Below, in pieces: positions 43,758 through 52,997 of a DNA stretch of 64,000 bases. The notes below the pieces were generated by a model. The model saw only the letters and a program-made list of their open reading frames with translations. It ran no database searches and had not been told where the DNA came from. This DNA comes from a bacterium. GTDB taxonomy: Bacteria; Patescibacteriota; Minisyncoccia; Phycocordibacterales; UBA918. A program made the translations under genes and the position numbers. Positions within the stretch are counted from its first letter, which is position 1. Every line of letters starts with the position of its first letter. The stretch spans positions 4,939 to 68,938 of the forward strand of contig JAYTMA010000167.1 in NCBI GenBank assembly GCA_043728975.1, written 5' to 3'.

Positions 43758-44578
43758 AAACCACTATCTTCTTATTCATCATGGGAATACTCTTGTGCTC
43801 GCCACTTGCAGTTTCAACCAACAATGAAACAATCACACTCACTCCAGATAATCACATTCTATTCAGCGGCGTTGTAACAGATGCTTCTGTAACTGTTAAC
43901 CAACTAAAACTGGGCCAGCTCTCAGCAAGACTTCCACGTAATGCTACAATATACCTCGTTCTTGATACTCCGGGCGGATCTGTTCCAGCCGGTAACTTAT
44001 TCATTGACTTCGCAAAGTCATTGCCCCAGAAGATCAAGCCTATTTCAATCTTTGCAGCTTCTATGGGCTATCACATGTTCCAGTCTTTTGACGAAAGAAT
44101 CATGCAAAGCTCTTCAACGATCATGTCTCACAGAGTTTCATTGAGCGGCTTGAGCGGACAAGTTCCTGGTGAGCTAGTTACGCGCTTGAATTCAATCATC
44201 TCAATTTCAAATCAAATGGACGATGTAGCTTCTAAGAGAGTTGGACTCTCACGTAAGGATTATCAAGATCTTATTCATGACGAGCTTTGGTTAAGTGGTT
44301 CAGACGCTGTTGCAACTGGACACGCTGATAAACTTGCTAAGATTAGCTGCTCTGAAGAACTTATTAATGGAACTCGCATTGAGCAAGTCGATACTTTGTT
44401 TGGCCCACTTGATGTTAAGTTCTCTGCTTGCCCTTTAATTAGCGGATACATTTCATTCGAGATTTCAAAAGTAGCTAATACGTCAGGAGTTGTTTATCAA
44501 ACTCCGAAAGACAATGGCGAAGTTGCCAAGGCGATTAAGTTTGCTAAACGCAAAGTTGTAATGGGAGTGGTTTGGTAA
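43754..44578 (+). CDS. secreted ClpP/S49-fold serine peptidase-like protein (274 aa)
   Basis: Signal peptide IFLFIMGILLCSPLAVS. YLVLDTPGGSVPAGN and AASMGYHMF (Ser nucleophile context). Confidence 0.5.
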   Translation: MKTTIFLFIMGILLCSPLAVSTNNETITLTPDNHILFSGVVTDASVTVNQLKLGQLSARLPRNATIYLVLDTPGGSVPAGNLFIDFAKSLPQKIKPISIFAASMGYHMFQSFDERIMQSSSTIMSHRVSLSGLSGQVPGELVTRLNSIISISNQMDDVASKRVGLSRKDYQDLIHDELWLSGSDAVATGHADKLAKISCSEELINGTRIEQVDTLFGPLDVKFSACPLISGYISFEISKVANTSGVVYQTPKDNGEVAKAIKFAKRKVVMGVVW

Positions 44579-44964
44579 TGGAAACAAAACCTTCAATTGA
44601 GGAGCTACTCGCAAGGGTAGCTGATTCTTCCAAAAAGCGACGACGAATTGAGAACAATACAAACACTCTCAGATTCATCGAGGAAACAAAACTCGAACCT
44701 GGGACAGTAGCTTATCCGACATACGTTATCTTCTGGCACTATCGCAACAACTGGCCAGGAGATCGTCACCACAAGGCGAATAAGACAGTGTTCTTCCGCA
44801 CATTCAATAGGAAGTTCCCCCAGTATCGAGTAGGCAAGCAACGCTACTACTTACTGAAAGAGGGAGTGATTGAATTGAACGATGAGATTAAGAAAGAGGC
44901 AAAGAGTTATGACAAACAACATTGGGCCAAAAAAGCGCCGAAAAAAGTACAATCCTTTGAATAA
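44578..44964 (+). CDS. hypothetical protein (128 aa)
   Basis: TAATG overlap with the upstream gene. Confidence 0.45.
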   Translation: METKPSIEELLARVADSSKKRRRIENNTNTLRFIEETKLEPGTVAYPTYVIFWHYRNNWPGDRHHKANKTVFFRTFNRKFPQYRVGKQRYYLLKEGVIELNDEIKKEAKSYDKQHWAKKAPKKVQSFE

Positions 44965-45517
44965 GTACGGCGCTCCTGCAACTCGCAAAGACTTTATTGA
45001 AACAGACTATGTTAATGGCGTAGAGAATGATCGGGGCGAGCAAGTGATTCGCCCCCTCAATCAATACGAAGTTGAATGGTTGGCCCAGTTTTACTCTGAA
45101 ACAGAGCACGAGAGCTTCGTTAAGACTGAAGAAATGGAATTGGTTGAGGATTTATATAACGTGATTTGCCGCGAACTAAGACAGGCAAAAAAAACTGGAG
45201 CAACTACGGAAACTATTCTCGAGCTTAAAGAGAAATCAGAAGCTCAATACAAAAAACTAGTACAGCTTAGAACTGAAACGAATACTTTCTACCCTGAAGA
45301 TTCAGATAGAAGAGAAATCTATAAGAAGGGGAATCATAGAAGAGACGACATCTTTAACGTTGCCAAAGCTTCGGGCAAGTTAGTTTCTTACGATGTTACA
45401 GAGTTTGATAAGTTTACAACTAAGGCCGAGAAGTCTGTGAATGCTGAACATTTAGTGCTTGATTATCTTACGAAGAAGCCAGTGAAGAGAAAAATGGTAC
45501 GGAAAAAGAAGGGCTAG
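44909..45517 (+). CDS. basic hypothetical protein (202 aa)
   Basis: K/R-rich N-terminus. Last plus-strand gene. Its stop overlaps the convergent minus-strand gene. Confidence 0.45.
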   Translation: MTNNIGPKKRRKKYNPLNKYGAPATRKDFIETDYVNGVENDRGEQVIRPLNQYEVEWLAQFYSETEHESFVKTEEMELVEDLYNVICRELRQAKKTGATTETILELKEKSEAQYKKLVQLRTETNTFYPEDSDRREIYKKGNHRRDDIFNVAKASGKLVSYDVTEFDKFTTKAEKSVNAEHLVLDYLTKKPVKRKMVRKKKG

Positions 45518-45789
45518 AACAGAAACTCTAGAACTTTAACAATTCCTGCCACTACTGTAACAATTCCTGCCACAGCGCCGAACATTCCTAGAATTCCTTT
45601 GAACTTTGTGTGGAACTCTGTAAGAGGCTTAACATCTGCTCTGAGCATTTCAATATTTTCCTCATTAAGATCGGACCTATATATATGGTGCTTTAACTGA
45701 ACAGCTTGTTCACCGAGAGTTTTATCCACACTTTGAAGCTTATCGTCCATCGCTTCAAGCTTTACGTATATCCTGTCTAATTCTTTCAT
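45514..45789 (-). CDS. tail-anchored coiled-coil membrane protein, holin/spanin-like (91 aa)
   Basis: C-terminal TM ILGMFGAVAGIVTVVAGIVKVL. Confidence 0.45.
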   Translation of the reverse strand: MKELDRIYVKLEAMDDKLQSVDKTLGEQAVQLKHHIYRSDLNEENIEMLRADVKPLTEFHTKFKGILGMFGAVAGIVTVVAGIVKVLEFLF

Positions 45790-48395
45790 TACATTCCCTT
45801 CTTACCTTTCTGCATAGCTTGGCGAAATGCCGGTTGTTGGTATAATCCGAAGAGCACTGCTGATCGAGTTCTGTCATCTGCTTGAGCTGCTTTTTCAAGT
45901 GGAGCTACAAACGATGCAGTTTTTTCATCACCGCTAAATAACTGGGCCAATTCTTGTATTTGTTCAGGACGCTGTTCAACGAAGCTCTTGAACTCTTCAT
46001 GAGGCTTTTCCGCTTTAGGAGCGCGAGCATTCATGTTCTGTTCCATTCTAGCACGAGCATCATTAGAACGCTCTGTACCGAACTTATCAAGGCTTTCAAC
46101 TGCTGGGGCAGTGTAACCCTTGGCTCCTGCTGCAACAGCGGCTAGAGCTGGTTTAACGCTGTTTATATCACCCGGAGCGTCCCAGTATTCTTGAGAGAGC
46201 TTAATCTCATCAGTAACATCGTCATAGGCTTTATTAGCTTCTACAGCGCCTTGTACAGCGTCTGTGAGTGGAAGAGGGTTCAGAGTCTCAGCTCCTCCAG
46301 CGAGGATGGCTTGAGAAGGGCTAAGCTCGCCAGAGTCGGCAGCGTTTGCAGCAGCCATACCGCCAGCTAATCCGCCAACGAGAGGAAGTCCATATTTGCC
46401 AAGCGCTTTAATCCCATTTCCAAGCTTTGAGCTTTTATAAAGAGCTAGAGCTTCTTGCATCTTAGTTCCGCCCATTTTCCCGATAATACCAGGAGCGCGT
46501 GACATTTCACCTTTAGCGATTGAGTTAACGTCAAAAGCATTCAGGGCTTTGCCTTCTTTTAAGCGCCCCACTTCGCCTTTAAGAGCTGATACATCTGCTT
46601 TCTTGAGCAAGTCGTCTACAGTTGAACCTTGGGGCAAATGACCTTGTTTCATTGCATTTTGTAGAGCTTCTTCTAAATAGGCTCTGCTTGCAACGTTCTT
46701 GTCAGGGTTGAGAAGAGTGGCGTTGATTTTGCTTCTGCCAGAATCATCGAGAGTAACTCTAGCAAGCTCTTTATTGTGGCGAATGCCAAGCTTATCGAAT
46801 AGCTCTTCGGATTTGAAAGACTCCGCAGCTTTGTCCATTCCAGTAGCATATTCTGGAGAAACATCGCGAAGCTTTGAACGAAGCTCTTTAGCTATTTCAG
46901 CATTGAACTTACCAACAGTGTTTGCTTTACCGTCTGGGACGTTATCTCTGATTTCCTGGAGTTTTTGGTCCAGTCTTATAGGAGATACTTCAGCAGAGTG
47001 CTCAACATCGCTTATAGCGTCTTGTAAGGAGTTAGCATAGTCTTGCCCGAGAACTCGGTTGTTGAGTTCTGGAGCAACGTCTCTGATTTTCTTTGGAGTG
47101 TTCTTAATCGAATCAAACTCTTCAGCAGCGGCAGTTTTAACAGTTTCAACGCGCTTCTTCATCTTCTCTTCAAGCTTCTGCTTTTGGGCAAGTAAACTTT
47201 CCATTTTCTCTTTCTGCTTCAGATTCTTCATCTGGGCCGATTTTTCATCAGAGAGTATTTTGTTAAAGATGAGCTGATCTTTGCGAACATCAAGCTTAGC
47301 TTTAGCGTTTGAGCTGTTCACGTTCTCGAGGGCAAGAGATTTCTCTTTGCTATTAGCTAAGCTTTCTTGAAACTTGAGCTTCTTCTCTTCAATCTTCTGA
47401 ATTTCTGTTTGAATTTTCTCTTGAGCTTCAGCAGCTTTCTCGTCCAAACGTTCCAGTTTTTTGTTATCGCGCTTAATGTCGTGATCATTTATAATAGCTT
47501 GTCTTTCATAATCAGGCTGTTGACCGCGAACTTCTGATAGTTCATTGAGCTTGTTGTTCTTATCAGCTCTATTATCAATGTTGAATGTAAGATCTTCTTT
47601 AGTGTTAAGTACTGGCTGGTTAGTTTTGCCCGAAGCTTGAGCAAGTTTAGCTTCAAGTTCCTGAAGCTTTTGCGCTTGTTGTTTAGCTGCAAAGTCGGCA
47701 ACAATTGGCTTCTTTAAATCTGGAGCAGCGGGGGTATTTAATTGGCCCAGTTTGTTTTTATACTGAGCGTCTTTAATGCTTTGGTTAATTGCTAAACGCT
47801 CGTCCTGGAACGGCTGGTTCATTTGTTCGTCAATGCTCATCATCTGCTTAGCATCTTCTGCTTGAGCAGGGGCAATCTCGTCGAGCTTAGAGCCGAAGAT
47901 TTGAGCTTGTTTAGAAGGGTCGATTGGGGAGCTTAGTTTAGGGTCAAGTGCAGGCTTAGAAATGGTTTGATAGTATCCTTCGATTGGCATGTTTGGAAGC
48001 TTCTCGAGGGATTTTCTCGCAGAAGCAGCAGCGTCCATTCCACCTTGACGGTTCTTTTCCCCGAGAGTTCTGAATTGCTCCAGTATGTTCTCAAGAGGGG
48101 AAACAGTTTTATAAACATCGCGGTTTTGGTCTATCATCTTGATTTGAGTAGCGTCCAAATCTCCGAGGTTATTGTGAACTAAGTTACCAACTTTCTCGAG
48201 GCCCTTGTTCAAAAGCACACCAGTACCAGCACCAGCAGTGCCTCCAATTACTCCACGAGTAGCATCTCCAATAGCATCTTCCTCAACTGGAGCATGATCA
48301 GGATGCGGGACATCCTCAAACAGCGAGTCGTCAGCTTCTGGAGCTGCTTGGTATGGGACATCTTCGAATAGAGAGTCGTCGAGTTCTTTAGACAT
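45789..48395 (-). CDS. large coiled-coil virion protein, tape-measure-like (868 aa)
   Basis: Long K/E/Q-rich heptad regions. G/A-rich C-terminal part. Confidence 0.5.
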   Translation of the reverse strand: MSKELDDSLFEDVPYQAAPEADDSLFEDVPHPDHAPVEEDAIGDATRGVIGGTAGAGTGVLLNKGLEKVGNLVHNNLGDLDATQIKMIDQNRDVYKTVSPLENILEQFRTLGEKNRQGGMDAAASARKSLEKLPNMPIEGYYQTISKPALDPKLSSPIDPSKQAQIFGSKLDEIAPAQAEDAKQMMSIDEQMNQPFQDERLAINQSIKDAQYKNKLGQLNTPAAPDLKKPIVADFAAKQQAQKLQELEAKLAQASGKTNQPVLNTKEDLTFNIDNRADKNNKLNELSEVRGQQPDYERQAIINDHDIKRDNKKLERLDEKAAEAQEKIQTEIQKIEEKKLKFQESLANSKEKSLALENVNSSNAKAKLDVRKDQLIFNKILSDEKSAQMKNLKQKEKMESLLAQKQKLEEKMKKRVETVKTAAAEEFDSIKNTPKKIRDVAPELNNRVLGQDYANSLQDAISDVEHSAEVSPIRLDQKLQEIRDNVPDGKANTVGKFNAEIAKELRSKLRDVSPEYATGMDKAAESFKSEELFDKLGIRHNKELARVTLDDSGRSKINATLLNPDKNVASRAYLEEALQNAMKQGHLPQGSTVDDLLKKADVSALKGEVGRLKEGKALNAFDVNSIAKGEMSRAPGIIGKMGGTKMQEALALYKSSKLGNGIKALGKYGLPLVGGLAGGMAAANAADSGELSPSQAILAGGAETLNPLPLTDAVQGAVEANKAYDDVTDEIKLSQEYWDAPGDINSVKPALAAVAAGAKGYTAPAVESLDKFGTERSNDARARMEQNMNARAPKAEKPHEEFKSFVEQRPEQIQELAQLFSGDEKTASFVAPLEKAAQADDRTRSAVLFGLYQQPAFRQAMQKGKKGM

Positions 48396-49630
48396 TATTG
48401 CGCCAATTGGTATTTACCGACTGAAGGATTCCATTTATATGTTTTGCCGTTTCTTTCAACCACTTCTTGTCCATTCGGGGCAGAAGAAGTTTCTCCCTTG
48501 AGCTGTTCGATAGTTGCTCTGTTTTCATAGTTCTTAACATTTCTACCAGAACGCTTAATTGAGTCTAGAACTCGAACTCGAGAGTTTCTAAGCTCGTCTT
48601 GGAAGTTTGCAAGTTTAGCGGCAAACATTTCATCAGAATCTGTTTCTTTAGGAAGCTGAGCTTTAATTCGTTCCATCTCTGCATCAGCAATTGTAGCACC
48701 TGAAATTGCTTGTCCATACTTGGAAGTGAGCATTTCTAACTGGGCCGTCATAGCAGTTCTATTTCCAGAAGATTGCCCCAAGTATCTCTTAACCTTTTCA
48801 ACTCGTCCTGAGATTGGCCCAGTTGAAAAATCTTTCATTCCATCAAGTTTGCTTAAGCTATCGAGCGTAGATTCAATGCCCTCAATTTGCGACTGTTGTT
48901 TAGTTGTAATCTCGTCTTGCTCTTCGGCTTTGTTTATCAAAGTTGCACCACGAGCAACAGCGCCTTTGTTTGTTCTATCAACGGAATCGTTAGTGCGTTT
49001 TTCGCCCATTTTTGCGTATAAGTTAACTTTGTCAATTTCGAGTAAGTCTCTTTGAGAAAGCTGACCGTCTTGAAGGTCTTTGTATTGCTTAAGGAGGTTT
49101 GAGTAATTGTCTTTGAAGTTCCTGTCAACGCCGCCTACCATGTCCTTAACATCAATTTTATGAAACTGGGCCGGAGTAACAGAAGCTTTTGTGTTCATAG
49201 CTTGAGCACCTGCTACCACTGTGCCAATGTTATTTCCAAGAGCAGCCATCATTTCAGCTTTCATTTGGCGAGAACGGGCATCTTCTTGAGCTGCTTTATA
49301 ATCATCTCTTAGCGCTTGTAGACTAGACTTGAATTCACCTTCTCGTACTTCATTAGACTCGTCGTTAGTATATTTCGAAGGATCGAGTTGAGGAGCTGTC
49401 CAGTTGGTGTCTCTCTGTTCCATGGTAGGAGTAATCGCAGACTGTACATCATAGCCCTCATAAATTGGAGGAGCTTCAGGAACTGGAGCAGGGGTAGTAG
49501 CAGTGGCAGGAGGAGGCGTAAGTATAACTGGAGCAGCTTCTTTAACTTGCTCTTCTTCGAGGGGGGAGAATTTTTTGAATATGTCCATGAAGCTCATATT
49601 ATGTCCTTCTTGGTCCAGTATATAGATCAT
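48395..49630 (-). CDS. virion structural protein (411 aa)
   Basis: Proline-rich N-terminus followed by coiled coil. Coupled to flanking genes. Confidence 0.5.
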   Translation of the reverse strand: MIYILDQEGHNMSFMDIFKKFSPLEEEQVKEAAPVILTPPPATATTPAPVPEAPPIYEGYDVQSAITPTMEQRDTNWTAPQLDPSKYTNDESNEVREGEFKSSLQALRDDYKAAQEDARSRQMKAEMMAALGNNIGTVVAGAQAMNTKASVTPAQFHKIDVKDMVGGVDRNFKDNYSNLLKQYKDLQDGQLSQRDLLEIDKVNLYAKMGEKRTNDSVDRTNKGAVARGATLINKAEEQDEITTKQQSQIEGIESTLDSLSKLDGMKDFSTGPISGRVEKVKRYLGQSSGNRTAMTAQLEMLTSKYGQAISGATIADAEMERIKAQLPKETDSDEMFAAKLANFQDELRNSRVRVLDSIKRSGRNVKNYENRATIEQLKGETSSAPNGQEVVERNGKTYKWNPSVGKYQLAQ

Positions 49631-50582
49631 TAGATGCGTTTGTATTAGCGTACTTCTTATTCACTTGATCCTCGGCTGTCATTTTAGCCGCACCTTGAGC
49701 AGCATTGCTCATTCCCGCAGTTGCCATTCCCATACCAGCATTCAAAATAGCTCCATTCATTGCAGCTTGTCCTTGAGCAGCAGCTTGTCCTTGTTGAGCA
49801 TGGTTATTAGCTAAATTAGTTGTAGCTCCCGACACTCCGCCAGCTTTTGCAAACTCGTTCTGGAACTTCTGTTGAACTAAACCTTTGTTGTACATTTCTT
49901 CTTGATTTCTATTTGCTGTTCCAGCGTTTGCAATTGTCTGTCTACTCGCTAAGTTCTGAGCATTAACGTCTTGTCTGTTTTGAGCGTTGAATCTGTTAAT
50001 AGCATCTCCAGCATTTGCAACTTGAGCTTTCTGAGCAAAGTCATTTTGTCCCATTGTTGTTGCAAGGTTTGCTTTTTGTGAAAGCGCTTCTCTACGAGCG
50101 GCAGAAGCTTGAGCTGCAATTTGCATAGCTTGCTCTTGTCCGCGATTAGCTTGATTCTGACCAGCGTTTAACGAAGCTATGAGCGCATTACCACTGTTGA
50201 GTGTACCACGAGCTGCTGCATCTTGTAAGACTGAAGCATTCTGTGCTTGGGCTGCTCCAGAGTTTTGTCTCATCAGAGAGTTCATTGCTGCTTTATCTTC
50301 AGCTCCAAGGCCTTGCTCAGAAAGTCCTGTGATTTCTTCCAGAGCTTTCACTTGCGCTTGCTTCATGCGCGGATCAACGCTCACTCCAGCAAGTTGAGAT
50401 TCTTGTAACTGCTCAGCTTGTAACAGGCCTTGAAGTTCTGGATCTTGAAGAGCTATTCTTTGAGCTTCAACAGTAGGGACTCCAACAGCTTCGAGCCTTG
50501 CAACAGCATCTTTCATTAGCTGGTTAGATTTCTTCATGTCCGCTTTACCAGCGTTTCCGCCGAGGAGATCTGAAAGAGCCAT
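49599..50582 (-). CDS. Q/N/A-rich low-complexity virion protein (327 aa)
   Basis: Strong compositional bias (about 45% Q+A+N). Continuous with the structural operon. Confidence 0.5.
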   Translation of the reverse strand: MALSDLLGGNAGKADMKKSNQLMKDAVARLEAVGVPTVEAQRIALQDPELQGLLQAEQLQESQLAGVSVDPRMKQAQVKALEEITGLSEQGLGAEDKAAMNSLMRQNSGAAQAQNASVLQDAAARGTLNSGNALIASLNAGQNQANRGQEQAMQIAAQASAARREALSQKANLATTMGQNDFAQKAQVANAGDAINRFNAQNRQDVNAQNLASRQTIANAGTANRNQEEMYNKGLVQQKFQNEFAKAGGVSGATTNLANNHAQQGQAAAQGQAAMNGAILNAGMGMATAGMSNAAQGAAKMTAEDQVNKKYANTNASNDLYTGPRRT

Positions 50583-52519
50583 TATGTTTTTCCTTGATTA
50601 GACTTGTCTAAATTTTCGAGTAGATTTTGAAGTGCTGACATTCTCGATGTCGTTTGGGCATTGTCTTGGACTTGAAAGCGATTGTTGAAACCTGACTGGT
50701 CGAGTGCTCCAGTAATTTTATCTTCGAGGTCTTTGTAAGCTTGTTTCTTAGCTACATCTTTTGACTGGGCGGAGTTAGCGCCTCCGCCAAACCACTTACT
50801 TGTGTCAGCAAAATCAGTGTTGATACCAAGAGCTCTCATACCTGGGAGAACTCCTCCAGAAGAGTAATCAAGCAATGCTTGAGATCCTGTTTGAGCAGCA
50901 TTACGATTATCAGAATACGGAGCCATGTAGCCGTTATCTAGGCCAGTGAACTTATCTTCGTCTCCAGTTCTCTGAGTGGCAGATGCTAAGTTTTTCAAAA
51001 TGTCTTGATTGCCAATGCTGTTTGCAGCAGCCGATTTATCGAAGTTATAGCCAGCGTTTTTAAGAACATCAGCTACGTTTGCATTTGCATCAGCGTAGTA
51101 TCTCTTGCCGCTTGTCTTATTCTTCTTAGATCCTGATCCGGTTAGATCAGCGCTTTTTGCGTAATCCTGGAAGCCTTGCTCGGCTTGATTTAACCCAGCT
51201 CTAGTGCCAGCTAAGTCCAAAGCATCAAGAGATGTTTGTGTTCCAGCTTTAGAAGCGTCGTTGTATTTGAGGTTTGTATCAAGCATTTTAGAGTCATCTA
51301 ATCCAGCCAACTGGGCCAAAGCAGACTGACGAGCTTGTTCGTCACGAGTGATGAGTTTTTGCTTATCAGCAACTCCAGACTTAATTACGTCTGCTCCAGT
51401 GTTATATAGGCCTTCACCATTTTGAATGCCTAGAATTCCTGCTTCAGCAGAGTTTAAGCCAACTCCGCCTTTAGATTGTTCGCGGAGAACATTTCTAAAG
51501 TATTCTGGGAGCTTGTCCCAGTCTTTTACTTGAGTTGCTAATCTGTCGTCGGTAGCCTTTTCTTCTTGTTGTTTATTTTGGCTAAATACATCTCGAGCTT
51601 GATTACGAATTCCTTGGATTTCTTGTCCACGGTTTTGCGCCATTGCGCCTGATGCAAGTTGAGCTTTATCCAAATTGCCTTGTAAGTTGCCTTGAGCTTT
51701 AGCAGTATCCTGAAGATTCTGAACTCCAGACTGGGATGAATTGAGAACGGCAGAATCTAGCTTATTTAAGCCGCGAGTATAATCTCCACGCTTAACATAC
51801 ATATCCTGGAGCATTTGCTCTCTGCCTGAAGCTGTTTTAGTTTGATTGAGAGTTGTTTGAGCTGCATTAGCTTTTGCAGCAGCGTCTTGATAGAGGCCTG
51901 ATTGGCGAAGTGATTCTGGACCTTGATATTTAGCGTTGATGACTTCTTTGAAGCGATCAGCACCGGCTACGTTCTTAGTGTAGTCAGGAGCTGGAGCTGC
52001 TGTAGGAGCTATGGGAGCAGGAGAAGCAGCATTAGCAGTAGAAACTGGAGCAGCAGCTTGTGGGGCAGGAGCTGAAAGAGTTCTTGCGCTGTTGAGAGTG
52101 TTTGAAACATCCTGAAGAGCTTGGTAGCGATTTGCCAAAGAGCCAGCGTCTACTTTCTTTCCAAACTGGTCTGTAGCCTGATTAATGCCTGTTTGAGCAG
52201 CTTGTCCTTGAGCAGCTACGTTTCTATTAGCAGCATCTGCCAAACGATTTGTAGCGGTTCCTTGATTGGCTTTCTGATAGCTTTGAAAGCCTCCAGACAT
52301 ACCAGAAGCATTAGCTTTAGGAGCAGCGTTTTGAGCTATAGGAGCGCCAGTGTACGGACCTTGGGCAGCATTCGCACCATTAGCAGAAGCTGTTGTAAGG
52401 GCTACAGGCGCAGCCGAGACTGGAGCTGTTCCTAGAGCTGCTTGATCCTCTTCCTTCTTTTGGTTCATACCAAGAGAGGAGTTTTGAGGAGCGCCTGAAT
52501 TTGAGTTGTAATAAGCCAT
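50582..52519 (-). CDS. Q/N/A/G-rich low-complexity virion protein (645 aa)
   Basis: Strong compositional bias. ATGA-coupled. Confidence 0.5.
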   Translation of the reverse strand: MAYYNSNSGAPQNSSLGMNQKKEEDQAALGTAPVSAAPVALTTASANGANAAQGPYTGAPIAQNAAPKANASGMSGGFQSYQKANQGTATNRLADAANRNVAAQGQAAQTGINQATDQFGKKVDAGSLANRYQALQDVSNTLNSARTLSAPAPQAAAPVSTANAASPAPIAPTAAPAPDYTKNVAGADRFKEVINAKYQGPESLRQSGLYQDAAAKANAAQTTLNQTKTASGREQMLQDMYVKRGDYTRGLNKLDSAVLNSSQSGVQNLQDTAKAQGNLQGNLDKAQLASGAMAQNRGQEIQGIRNQARDVFSQNKQQEEKATDDRLATQVKDWDKLPEYFRNVLREQSKGGVGLNSAEAGILGIQNGEGLYNTGADVIKSGVADKQKLITRDEQARQSALAQLAGLDDSKMLDTNLKYNDASKAGTQTSLDALDLAGTRAGLNQAEQGFQDYAKSADLTGSGSKKNKTSGKRYYADANANVADVLKNAGYNFDKSAAANSIGNQDILKNLASATQRTGDEDKFTGLDNGYMAPYSDNRNAAQTGSQALLDYSSGGVLPGMRALGINTDFADTSKWFGGGANSAQSKDVAKKQAYKDLEDKITGALDQSGFNNRFQVQDNAQTTSRMSALQNLLENLDKSNQGKT

Positions 52520-52553
52520 GATTTTTAGGAACCTCTAAAGAGTAATGGTGTTT

Positions 52554-52958
52554 TTAGGCTATAAATTCGATACTAATTCGCACTTTTTTATTCACGGGAA
52601 GGCCAAATATACGGTTTATTTTAACCACTCCGTTACCTACGTAACTACAATCTAGGTAAGGGGCTGAAACTACGTTATCCCCACCTGAGAGTGACTGAAC
52701 GTTGATGATGGTTTTGCCTGAGTAACTGGATAGGCCGGTGTTGATTTGCCCCACTCCTTTAGGAATTCCGGCAGCATCTACGGTTAAATCAAGGACGATC
52801 AGAGAGCGGGCCAGGTTATCGTAATTGATCTTTTTGCGGCTTAGTTCGATGATTTCGTCAGCGAATGAGTTGAAGACAGTGGCAATTTTACCAACTGTTT
52901 CCCGATCTTCTTCTGGAAAGTCTTCTACAATAATTCTGCGAGCGTTAGAGAGTTGCAT
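52554..52958 (-). CDS. virion structural protein (134 aa)
   Basis: Track ORF within the structural operon. Confidence 0.5.
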   Translation of the reverse strand: MQLSNARRIIVEDFPEEDRETVGKIATVFNSFADEIIELSRKKINYDNLARSLIVLDLTVDAAGIPKGVGQINTGLSSYSGKTIINVQSLSGGDNVVSAPYLDCSYVGNGVVKINRIFGLPVNKKVRISIEFIA

Positions 52959-52997
52959 GGTTTTTTTATCCTTACGAATAGCTTTTTAAAAATAAGC

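Noticed and set aside
49599-52519. Q/N-rich proteins as prion-like or flagellin-like host proteins
   Set aside because: They are embedded in a contiguous, translationally coupled phage structural operon. The composition alone does not support host origin.
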